Source: Candidatus Latescibacterota bacterium
GTDB taxonomy: Bacteria > Latescibacterota > UBA2968 > GCA-2709665
DNA: 64,000 nt
NCBI GenBank assembly: GCA_965219995.1
Contig: CBDCOX010000002.1
Span: 4,608,001 to 4,672,000, forward strand
Direction of reading: 5' to 3'
Part shown: positions 1 through 9,800 of the stretch, in pieces
How the letters are laid out: each line of letters starts with the position of its first letter
Position numbering within the stretch: position 1 is the stretch's first letter
Position numbers and translations under genes: made by a program
The notes under the pieces: generated by a model
Databases searched by the model: none
The model's input: only the letters and a program-made list of their open reading frames with translations
Told to the model about the DNA's origin: nothing

Positions 1-1
1 G

Positions 2-622
2 GAGGAGGTCGTGGAGACGGTCTGCGGGCTCTGCCGGGACCGGCTGCCGCACGCCTACGGGGTGGACGCGATAGACGACATCCAGGTGATGGCGCCGATG
101 TATCGAGGCGAGACCGGCGCAACGAACCTGAACCGGGTGCTCCAGGAGCGCCTCAATCCCAACGGGCAGGAACTGCAGCGCGGCGGCGTCCGGTTCCGGG
201 TGGGAGACAAGGTGATGCAGGTGCGGAACAACTACGACAGGGACGTGTTCAACGGGGATATGGGGCGGGTTGCGGGGATCGATCCGACGAACCAGGCCCT
301 CGCCGTAAGGTACCCGGAACGGACCGTGGGTTACGACTTCACGGAACTGGACGAGATCGTGCCTGCTTACGCCACCAGCGTGCACAAGAGCCAGGGGTCG
401 GAATATCCCGTGGTCGTGCTGCCGCTGACCACCCAGCACTATATGATGCTTCAGCGGAACCTGCTCTACACGGCCGTCACCAGGGCGCGGGACCTGGTTG
501 TCATCGTCGGCACGCGGAAAGCCCTGGCCATCGCCATCAAAAACAATCAGGTGGCCGACCGGTATACATCGCTGCCCCAACGCATCCGATCGGGGCAGGG
601 CGAGTCACAAAACGGCCAATGA
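2..622 (+). CDS. recD2: RecD2-like ATP-dependent DNA helicase, C-terminal part (5' end outside window)
   Basis: SF1B motifs FRVGDKVMQVRNNY, VFNGDMG, AYATSVHKSQGSEY, RNLLYTAVTRAR; frame open to the window edge. Confidence 0.9.
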   Translation, partial: EEVVETVCGLCRDRLPHAYGVDAIDDIQVMAPMYRGETGATNLNRVLQERLNPNGQELQRGGVRFRVGDKVMQVRNNYDRDVFNGDMGRVAGIDPTNQALAVRYPERTVGYDFTELDEIVPAYATSVHKSQGSEYPVVVLPLTTQHYMMLQRNLLYTAVTRARDLVVIVGTRKALAIAIKNNQVADRYTSLPQRIRSGQGESQNGQ

Positions 623-672
623 ACCGTCCGCTCTCGAGTGAGCACCTTGCTGTGTCACACCCCCTGGCCTTT

Positions 673-699
673 GCAGGGGCGTCCCTTGTGGGCGCCCGG
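673..699 (+). repeat. REP-like palindrome (GCAGGGGCGTCCCTTGTGGGCGCCC)
   Basis: Imperfect hairpin; related inverted copy at about 49141-49166 (GGGCGCCCACAAGGTACGCCCATAC). Confidence 0.55.
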
Positions 700-823
700 C
701 CTCTGGCGGATTCCTCAAACTCACGCTCGAAGCCTTCCCGGTATATCGAGACTTCCCCGACTTCCCGGCATAGCCCCCCGGACCGGCCCCGACTCTTTCG
801 GTCTCATCTCACGGCGCGACCGC

Positions 824-3214
824 CTATTCCGCCTTTCCAATGCGATAGCCAACGCGCGGCTGGTTGAATATGAAAGTTGGGGCTCGCGCGGAGTCCCCCA
901 GTTTGCGTCGGATGTTTTTAACGGCGGCGTGCAGCGGCCGTTTGTCGTCTGTATTCGACCTGCCCCAGACCTGTTTCAACAGATCCTCGTGCAGAACAGT
1001 CTGGCCGGCATAAACGGAGAGTTCCTGCAGTAGCCGATACTCAATTCTGGTCAGGATCAAGGACTCACCGGCCATTGTCACCCGGCGGCGGGCGTAGTCA
1101 ATCTTGAGATCCCCCATCATGAATGGTCTGGATGGAACGGCCGTCTCCGGCGGGAACCGTTTGCGAAGGATCGCCCGGATTCTGGCCACGAGTTCCGTAG
1201 GTGAAAAGGGTTTGACCACGTAATCTGACGCGCCGCTGTCGAAGGCTCGGGCAATCGCATCTTCGTGTCCGTAGGCCGATAGAAAGATGACTGGTACTTC
1301 AGCCTTTTCGACGATGTTCTGCATCAATTCTACGCCGTCGCTTCCCGGAAGCACGAGGTCCAGCAATACCAGTTCGGGACTGTGTTCTTCCACAAGTTTC
1401 AGTGCCTCGTTCGGGTTGCCGGTAACGACTGGAACGAAACCGGCGCTTACCAGGGCCTTCCGCACGCTACGCAGCGTCTGCGGGTCATCGTCCACGACGA
1501 GGATCTTCGTTCGGTTCTTGAATACCGCTCTTGTGAAGGCGATGGGGGCGGCCTTTCCGCCTCCTGTGCCATCTCCTCCATCATAGGCAACCGGGATCGT
1601 GAACTTGAACCGGGTTCCCGTACCCGGTCCGTCGCTTTCGGCCCAGATCCTGCCGCCGTGGGCTTCCACGATGCCTCTGCAAATTGAGAGGCCCCATCCG
1701 GCCCCTGTTTCGTATTCGAGACCGGCATCCCGCTCGCGGGGGAAGGACTTGCGAAACAGGTGCGGAATGTGCTCGGCGGGCACGCCACGACCGTGATCGG
1801 CTACGACAAACTCGACGTGTCCGCTCTCTTTTTCGGCAGAAACCCGAATTGGTGAATTCTCCGGCGAATTCTGTGCGGCGTTCGTGAGTAAGTTGACCAG
1901 TACCTGTACGACGCGCCCCGGGTCGGCCATAACAGGGGGGAGGCCGGGCGCTGACTCGATGTGGATGCTGTCTCTGTCCCAACCACTTGAGAAGGTGTTG
2001 CGAGCCTGCTCCAGCAACCCGGTCACCGTGGCGGAAACCGGAGTTACAATCAGGGTTCCGGTCTCGATGCGAGCCACGTCCACCAGATCGTTAATCAGTA
2101 CCCCCATATTGTCGGCCTGCTCTTCAATGATGCGCAAGAACTGGGCCACCTCGGCCGGACGAAACGGGAAGGGTTCGCTCAAGGCCGTTGCCGTCGAACC
2201 CTTGATTGCAGCCAGCGGCGCCCGCAGTTCGTGGGTTACCATTGCCAGGAACTCTGCGCGCAGCCGATCCAGTTCTTCCATATGCGTCATGTCCTGCAGA
2301 GTCACGACATAGGACGCTATGCCACCGCCAACCGACTTGATCGGGGTGGCGTTCATCAGGGCGGTCAAACCGCGGCCCTCCGGTGCCAGGATGACGACCT
2401 CCTCGGCTCGTACCGTCTCGCCTCTGCTCAGAGCTTCAACGACAGAGAGTTTTTGTAACGTGATTTCGCTCCCATCCGCCCGCCTGAGAGTCAGGATCTT
2501 CAGTGCCTTCCGCGGGGACCGCGTCTCGACGCCCAGGTATTTGACAAGTCTGCACATCTCCCGGTTGAACGAGACCAACTTTCCCGTCGTGGCGTTCCAG
2601 ACCACAACGCCCACCGGCGACGTGTCGATCAGGGCTTCGAGGTCGGCCCTGGCGCGCTGTTCCTCCTGGTGACGCCTGGCGTTCGCAATCACCAGCGCCG
2701 CCTGGGAGGCGAACATGCCCAGCGTCTCTTCGTCTTCCGGCGTGAACGCCTTGCTTCCTTCCTTCTCGGCCAGAAACAACGTCCCCACCCGCTCTCCCCC
2801 GTGGTGGATCGGCGCCACCAGAAACGTCAATTTCGGACTCACCGGCATTGGAGGACGAAATTCAGGCAGGCCCAGGCGCTCTATGTGGACGTGCAAGTCT
2901 CGTAACCGTAAAGGTTCGTCCAGGAAGGCGAAATATTCGAAGAGCGCCTCGTTCTCCGGAAGGCGCCAGATCCGCCGCGTCTGATTGGGCGTCATGCCGG
3001 AGGACATGCAGTTCTGTACCCGCCTCCCATCATCCAACAACGTCAACATACCGTACTTCGCGTCTGTCAACGATCGGGCGCCGTCCAGGACGCCCTGCAG
3101 TACCGCCTTGATGTCAAGGCTTTCGTTGATGCGCGTGAATGCGTTGCCCATGCGGCAGAGGCGCTCCTGCAAATGTCTGTTCTCTGCCTGAAGCCTCTCT
3201 GTCTTTCGCATCAT
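824..3214 (-). CDS. Hybrid cytoplasmic sensor kinase-response regulator (GAF-PAS-HisKA-HATPase-REC-OmpR/PhoB wHTH)
   Basis: GAF (FTPEDEETLGMFASQAALVIANAR), H-box THELRAPLAAIKG, N/G boxes (NLLTNA, DHGRG, GAGWGLSIC, GTGTRF), REC (ILVVDDD, LLDLVLPGSDG, DYVVKPF), wHTH (LTRIEYRLL...IRRKLGD...VGYRI); no obvious TM segment; start moved to ATG 3214 behind an AGGAG RBS (ORF track starts at 3322). Confidence 0.9.
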   Translation of the reverse strand: MMRKTERLQAENRHLQERLCRMGNAFTRINESLDIKAVLQGVLDGARSLTDAKYGMLTLLDDGRRVQNCMSSGMTPNQTRRIWRLPENEALFEYFAFLDEPLRLRDLHVHIERLGLPEFRPPMPVSPKLTFLVAPIHHGGERVGTLFLAEKEGSKAFTPEDEETLGMFASQAALVIANARRHQEEQRARADLEALIDTSPVGVVVWNATTGKLVSFNREMCRLVKYLGVETRSPRKALKILTLRRADGSEITLQKLSVVEALSRGETVRAEEVVILAPEGRGLTALMNATPIKSVGGGIASYVVTLQDMTHMEELDRLRAEFLAMVTHELRAPLAAIKGSTATALSEPFPFRPAEVAQFLRIIEEQADNMGVLINDLVDVARIETGTLIVTPVSATVTGLLEQARNTFSSGWDRDSIHIESAPGLPPVMADPGRVVQVLVNLLTNAAQNSPENSPIRVSAEKESGHVEFVVADHGRGVPAEHIPHLFRKSFPRERDAGLEYETGAGWGLSICRGIVEAHGGRIWAESDGPGTGTRFKFTIPVAYDGGDGTGGGKAAPIAFTRAVFKNRTKILVVDDDPQTLRSVRKALVSAGFVPVVTGNPNEALKLVEEHSPELVLLDLVLPGSDGVELMQNIVEKAEVPVIFLSAYGHEDAIARAFDSGASDYVVKPFSPTELVARIRAILRKRFPPETAVPSRPFMMGDLKIDYARRRVTMAGESLILTRIEYRLLQELSVYAGQTVLHEDLLKQVWGRSNTDDKRPLHAAVKNIRRKLGDSARAPTFIFNQPRVGYRIGKAE

Positions 3215-3332
3215 CCTCTCCTGTAGCACCGACCCCTTCATCCCCGTTGACTGTGTGAACGACATCGCAGGGCCGTTACGGACGTCAACCGTTGTCGTAC
3301 AGCGGCGTCTGGGAATGACCACAAAGAGATGA

Positions 3333-3420
3333 TTTTCAGAATAAAATCATCGAATGCGAACATGAATTCAGTGTAAATTCATTATTTTTACTTATATTAG
3401 AGAGAAAATTTATTATACAT
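3333..3420 (+). promoter_or_regulatory. Degenerate copy of the AT-rich leader core with phased TCA repeats (3336, 3347, 3368, 3379)
   Basis: Colinear with the leader cores at 3692-3780, 15120-15207 and 20329-20416 (TTTTCAG-N6-ATCATCGAA-N10-AATTCA-N8-TCAT-N8-CTTA). Confidence 0.65.
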
Positions 3421-3447
3421 AATAATTCTTAAACATACAAGTGTCAA
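3419..3447 (-). promoter_or_regulatory. sigma70-like promoter of the hybrid regulator gene
   Basis: Minus strand TTGACA-17 nt-TATTAT; the -35 lies inside the palindrome CAAGTG-N7-CACTTG. Confidence 0.65.
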
Positions 3448-3528
3448 ATGCACTTGCGCGGCGGCGACCATCGACACAGCAAGTCGGGGCGACGCCGGAC
3501 CCTCCTTCCCACTATCGACCCCGCTCTG

Positions 3529-3855
3529 CGAATTCCTGTTCCCTGTCTCACGCATCCAAATCGGTAACGTCAACCTCTCCTCTCGCGCCAGCCCTCGCGT
3601 CCCTTACGACGGTGTGAAACACGAACTGAAAGCGGCAGGTAGATCGATCCGTGTTGGCCGGTCCTGTCCCGGTTGGCTCCGGATTGGGTCGTTATCAGCG
3701 AAATATCATCGAAGACGAGGGGAAATTCATTAATAAATCATAAGTATAACTTAATATAGAAATGCTTTTTTATTATATTTATTGCTCCGATGCCGATCCT
3801 CGTGGAACAGGGTCGGCTGCCGCGACGCAGATGAAGTGTCCTGGAGGACCGGACG
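3529..3855 (+). repeat. Conserved leader/promoter cassette, copy 1 (diverged; lacks the middle block)
   Basis: 3529-3782 aligns with about 14955-15210; 3791-3855 aligns with 15347-15410; TTAATA-17-TATATT at 3751-3779. Confidence 0.8.
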
Positions 3856-3878
3856 TGCCGGTGAGGAGGTAGTCTGCA

Positions 3879-6800
3879 ATGCTGTTTGGATTTCGAGCAA
3901 GGCCGGTTGTTTCGAACAACCCGACACGTAGCGAGTCGCCGCGAATCCCGCACGAGACGGCCATGGCAGCCATCGTATTCCTGGCGTCTTTTCTTGCGGC
4001 TTCCCAGGTGCGGGCGCAGTCGCAGGCCATTACGCTGTCTGAGACATCCCTGAGCGTTGACGAATCGAACAGTGCGACGTACACCGTAAAGCTGGCCACG
4101 CAGCCCACCGGTGACGTGACCGTTACCATCACCGGAACGTCGGGGACCGACCTCGATCTGGACAAGACCAGCCTGACGTTCACGACGTCGACATGGAGCA
4201 CCGTACAGACCGTGAGGGTAACCGCCGATGGGGATACTGACGCGACGGACGATTTCGTGACGCTGGCCCATACGGCGTCCGGAGCGGACTACGCTTCCGT
4301 AACGAAAGAACTGCCCGTTACGGTGGAGGACATTACCAACGTCACCCTGACGGTAACCGGGCTCGATTTGCTTTCGATGTCAGAATACACCGACGACACC
4401 AGGACCATATCGGCGCGCCTGAGCAGGTCGCTCAGCGACGACGTCACGTTGACGGTTACCGCGTCTCCAGATGATGCAACCACGACTTCCGGCGACTATA
4501 CTCTCAGCCCGGATCCGGCGGAAATCACGATTTCGGCGGGAGACTCCCTTACGAGCGATGAGGTGGTTTTCACGGCCGTCGACGACTTCAATGACCGGCA
4601 TAAGAATGTTCAATTGACGCTGACGGTGGACAACGCGCGGGTGACGGTGTCCGGCGGGACGACGAGGGATATCTTCATCCGGAGCGACGACCTCGCTTCG
4701 ATCAGTCTGGAACTGGCGCCGGATCCGATATTCGAGAACGGCAGAGCAAGCAGAGTGACGGCGACGATGGCTTATTCCGACCGGGTTAAAGAGCAGGTGA
4801 CGCTGACGATTTCGGCCGAGGCGGCCTCGTCGACCGTAGCCGGGGACTTCACGCTCACGGGAGGGCCGCTGACGTTCGCGCCCGGCGCACATACCAGTCA
4901 GGGCACGGTAATGATCGCGGCCAACGACGATGCGGACATGGATGATGAGACGGTTACGGTTACGGGCAAAGTCACCGGAGGGCGGAGCGTGATAGAGCCC
5001 GAGCCACTTACCTTGAATATTGTCGATGACGACGAAACCGGCCTCGTGACGATGTCATTGCGGCTGACGCCGGAACGGATCCGGGAGTCCGGCGGGTTCA
5101 ATGTCAGTACGGTCACCGCGGAGGTAAGCCGGCCGTTGACGCAGCCGGCGACCGTAACGGTTTCCGCGTCACCGAATCCGGAGAACGCGGAAACGACCGC
5201 CGATGACTATGCGCTAAGTACGAACCTTGAACTCCTGATTGCCGCGGGGGAAACCGAGAGTAAGGGCAGGGTGACCCTTACGGCGGTGGACAATTCACTG
5301 TACGAGGGTACGCATAAGAGTGTATTGGTTACGGGAACGGTGACAGGCAACGCGGGGGTGGCGGCTCCCCCACAACGTGAATTGACGATTTTGGAGGACG
5401 ATGTCAAGGCGACCGTGCAATTGATAGCGACGCCGCAAACAATCGATGAAGACGGAGGCGTCAGCACGATCACGGCGGTGTCGCATTTGCCGATGCCTGA
5501 AACCGTGACTTTCGACGTGAGGGTGTCTGGTTCCGCGGTAACGCTAAGCGACAATGTAACTCTCACGTTGGCCCAGGGAGAGACGAACAGTACGGGGACC
5601 GTAACGGTAACGGCGGGAGATATTTCCGGTACAAATCATACGAGTGTGTCCATCAGTCGACAGAACCTCAGTTCGTCCTCGTTTACCGTAAAGACAACTC
5701 GTATACTCGTCATCGACGACGATTATACGGGCTCTCAGTTGTGGATGAGGTTGTCGCCCGGCGACATGGTTGAGGGCCAGAACCAGGTCAGCACGGTGTC
5801 CGCGTACCTTACCCAGGCGTTGTCGGAGAACGTGACCGTAACGGTCGCTATCGACGAAGACTACACATCGGCGTTTCCCGATGAATACACGTTGAGCACA
5901 AATCGGACGTTAACGATATCGGCCGGGGATACGACAAGCACCGGAACGGTGACGCTTACGTCCGTGGACAACGATTACTATAGCGCCAGGCATGGCTACA
6001 GAGTCGGGTACACGTACGAGGTAACCGGTCCCGCTGGTTTGCAAACCAGGAAATTACAGGATAGCTGGAGTATCCGCGAGGATGAGTCTCCGACCGTAGT
6101 GACGCTGGTCTTGACCCCGGATGCAATTGACGAGAACGGCGGGGAATCTACTGTAACCGCCGAACTCAACTCCGCGGTGCGAAGTAACCTCACATTGACC
6201 GTGCTGGCGGATGGGTCCGGGGACGTCACCCAGAACGGAACGACGCTTACGATTGCCGAGGGATCAAAAACGAGCACCGGAACGGTAACCCTGACGGCCG
6301 TGGACAACGCCATGGACGCGCTGGATAAATTCGTCCGGGTCCGGGGTTCGCTGACCGTTGCCGAGGATCTGCCGTTTTCGATCGTGTTTCCCTACGGCCG
6401 GCAGTTGACGATCACGGACGATGATGAGGCAGACCTGGTCCTGTCCACCGCGTCGCTGACGGTTACGGAGGGCGCGGACCCCGGAGGGACCTACACGGTG
6501 AAGCTGGCCACCGAGCCCACCTCCGACGTGTCGGTGAGCATCGGCCTTCCGTCCGGTACGGATGTCTCGGTCAATCCATCCAGCCTGACGTTCACCCCGA
6601 CGACGTGGAACACGGAGCGGACCGTGACGGTATCCGCGGCTCACGACGACGACGCGAGCAATGACAGCGCGACGCTGACACACATGGCCACCGGCGGCGG
6701 CTACGGGTCCGTCAGCAAGGACGTCTCGGTTACGGTGAACGAGGACGACGAGCCGGCCCTCGTGTTGTCCGGGACGTCGCTGACGGTGGCGGAGGGGGCG

Positions 6801-9800
6801 GATCCAGGCGAAACCTACACGGTGAAACTCGACACGAAGCCGACCGCGAGCGTGACGGTGACGATCGGGGGTACGGCAGATACCGACCTCACGCCGGACA
6901 AGACGAGCCTGACGTTCAGCACCACCAACTGGAACGTGGAGCAGACTGTGACGGTATCCGCCGCCGAGGACGACGACGCGGTCGACGACAGCGCGACGCT
7001 GACGCACACGGCGTCCGGGGGCGACTATGGGTCGGTGAGCAAGGACCTTCCCGTGACCGTGACGGACGACGACGAGGCGGAAATCGTGCTGTCGCCCACC
7101 TCGCTGGGCGTGGTCGAAAACCAGGACGCGGCGTACGAGGTGAAGCTGGCCACGAAACCAACCGCAACGGTTACGGTGAGCATTACCGGTCACACGGGGA
7201 CGGACCTGACGCCGGACAAGACGAGCCTGACGTTCAGCACCACCAACTGGAACACGGAGCAGACCGTGACCGTGTCCGCGGGTGACGATTCCGACGCCGC
7301 AGCGGACGAAGAGACCCTGACCCACACGGCCGAGGGAGGCGATTACGGGTCCGTGAGCAAGGACCTTGCGGTCACGGTAACCGACGACGACCAGGCCGGT
7401 ATCGCGATTTCACAGCCGTCGCTGGACGTTGACGAGGGCGACATTTACGCTTATACGGTTAAACTGGCCACGCAGCCCACCGCCCCGGTGACGGTGTCCA
7501 TAGGCGGTCACTCCGATACGGACCTGATTCTGGACAGGACGAGCCTGACGTTCAGTACCACGACCTGGAACACGGAGCAGACCGTGGAGGTGACGGCGGC
7601 TCACGACGACGACGCGAGCAACGACAGCGCGACCCTGACACACACGGCGTCCGGGGGCGACTATGGGTCGGTGAGCAAGGACCTTCCCGTGACTGTGACG
7701 GACGACGACGAGGTTGATATCGTGCTGTTTCCGGAGTCGCTGGACGTGCTGGAGGACGGCAGCAGTACCTATACGGTCAGGCTGGCGACGGAGCCTACCG
7801 CCGGCGTGACGGTGACCATCGGCGGTCATACGGGCACGGACCTGACGCTGGATACGACGGAGTTGACGTTCACCCCGACCGGCTGGAACGCGGCGCAGAC
7901 GGTGAGGGTGTCCGCGGGAGACGACGACGATGGCGGCAGTGAGTCCGCGACGTTGACGCATACGGCCACGGGCGGCGACTACGCGTTTGTGACGCGTGAC
8001 CTGCCGGTTACGATTACGGATGACGACGCCGCGGGCCTGGTTTTGTCGCCGTCGTCGTTGAACGTGGAAGAGGGCACCGACGTCAGCTATACGGTCAGGC
8101 TGGCGACGGAGCCAACCGACGCAGTGACGGTGACCATCGGCGGTACCTCGGGTACGGATCTGATACTGGACAGGACGAGTCTGACGTTCAGCACGTCTGC
8201 GTGGAGCACGGAGCAGACCGTGCAGGTGACCGTGGCGGCGGACGAGGACGGGCGCAATGACCTGGCGACGCTGACGCACACGGCGTCCGGGGGCGACTAT
8301 GGCTCCGTGAGCAGGGACCTTCGCGTCCTGGTGTCGGACGGCGACGACGAGGCCCTGGTGCTCTCGCGCGGTTCGCTGACTGTTGAGGAAGGCACGATGG
8401 CTACCTATACGGTCAAGCTGGCGACCATGCCTCTCGGCAACGTCGAAGTGAACGTCGCTGTAACCGGAGAGACCGACGTCTCGGTGAACCCGACGCGTCT
8501 GACGTTCACGCCGTCCGACTGGGCCACCTGGCAGACGGTGCGGGTGTCCGCGGCGCATGATGACGACGCACTCGATGACCAGGAGACGGCAACCCACTCG
8601 GCCTCCGGCGCCGGTTACGGCTCCGTGAGCAAGGCCCTGACCGTGGTGGTGGCCGACGATGACGAACCGGACCTTGTGTTTTTGCCGACGTCGTTGACAG
8701 TCGGCGAGGGCACGGACGCCACCTATAGGGTAAATCTGGCCACGGAGCCGTCCTCGGACGTGACGGTGACCATCGGCGGTGGCCGGGAGGCTGACCTCAC
8801 ACTGGAAACGAACAGCCTCACTTTTGCCAGGTGGAACTGGTATGCCGCCCAAACCGTAAAGGTGTCCGCCGGACACGATGACGACACTGTAAACGACCGG
8901 GGAACGCTGACTCACTCCGCCGCCGGGGGTGACTACGGGTCGGTGCGCAAGCGTCTTCCCGTCGTCGTAACGGACGACGATGCCGGCGGTGGTGGAGGCG
9001 GGGGCAGAGGCGGCGCCCCCGCGGCGATCGTGATATCGCCGTCGTCACTGACGGTGGATGAGGGCGCACACGCCGCCTATTCCGTGGCGTTGGCCGCACA
9101 GCCCACGTCGGACGTGACGGTGACCATCGGCGGAGCGGGGGGCACGGACCTGTCGCTCGACAGGACGGATCTGACGTTTTCCACAACGGCCTGGAATACC
9201 CCGCAGTCGGTAAGGGTGTCTGCCGCGCACGACGACGACGCGGTGAACGACACCGTGACGCTGACGCACAACGGCTCCGGCGGGGGTTACGGTTCGGTAA
9301 GCAGGGATCTTGGCGTGACCGTCAGAGACGACGACGAGGAGATCCAACAGACGGTGGAGGTGACGGTGTATTTCGATCGGGAAACCCACACCGCCGTGGA
9401 GGGCGGCAGTCCCGCGCGCGTGACGGTGCGCGTCATGCTGAACGTGGATCCCGATCGGGTTCTGACGGTCCCGCTGGCGGTAACTTTGAACGGCGGCGCC
9501 ACCGGCGACGACTACGAGGGTGTGCCGGAGGAGGTCACCTTCGGTCGCGGCGAGATGGAGAAGGCATTCCACGTCACCGCTATCGACGACGACGTGGACG
9601 ATGACGACGAGAGCCTGACCATCGGCTTCGGCGCGTTACCCGACGGTGCGCTGGCGGGCAGACCGGTCAGCACGCTGGTGCATCTGCAGGACAACGACGA
9701 CCCCGTGACGACGGTCTCGTTCGACAGATCGACGTACGAGGCGGCGGAGGGCGGGAGTCCGGCGCGCGTGACGGTTCGGGTCATGCTGAACCGGGACCCT

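Noticed and set aside
3215-3322. N-terminal extension of the hybrid kinase ORF
   Set aside because: No domain-like content; the AGGAG RBS lies in front of ATG 3214/3211
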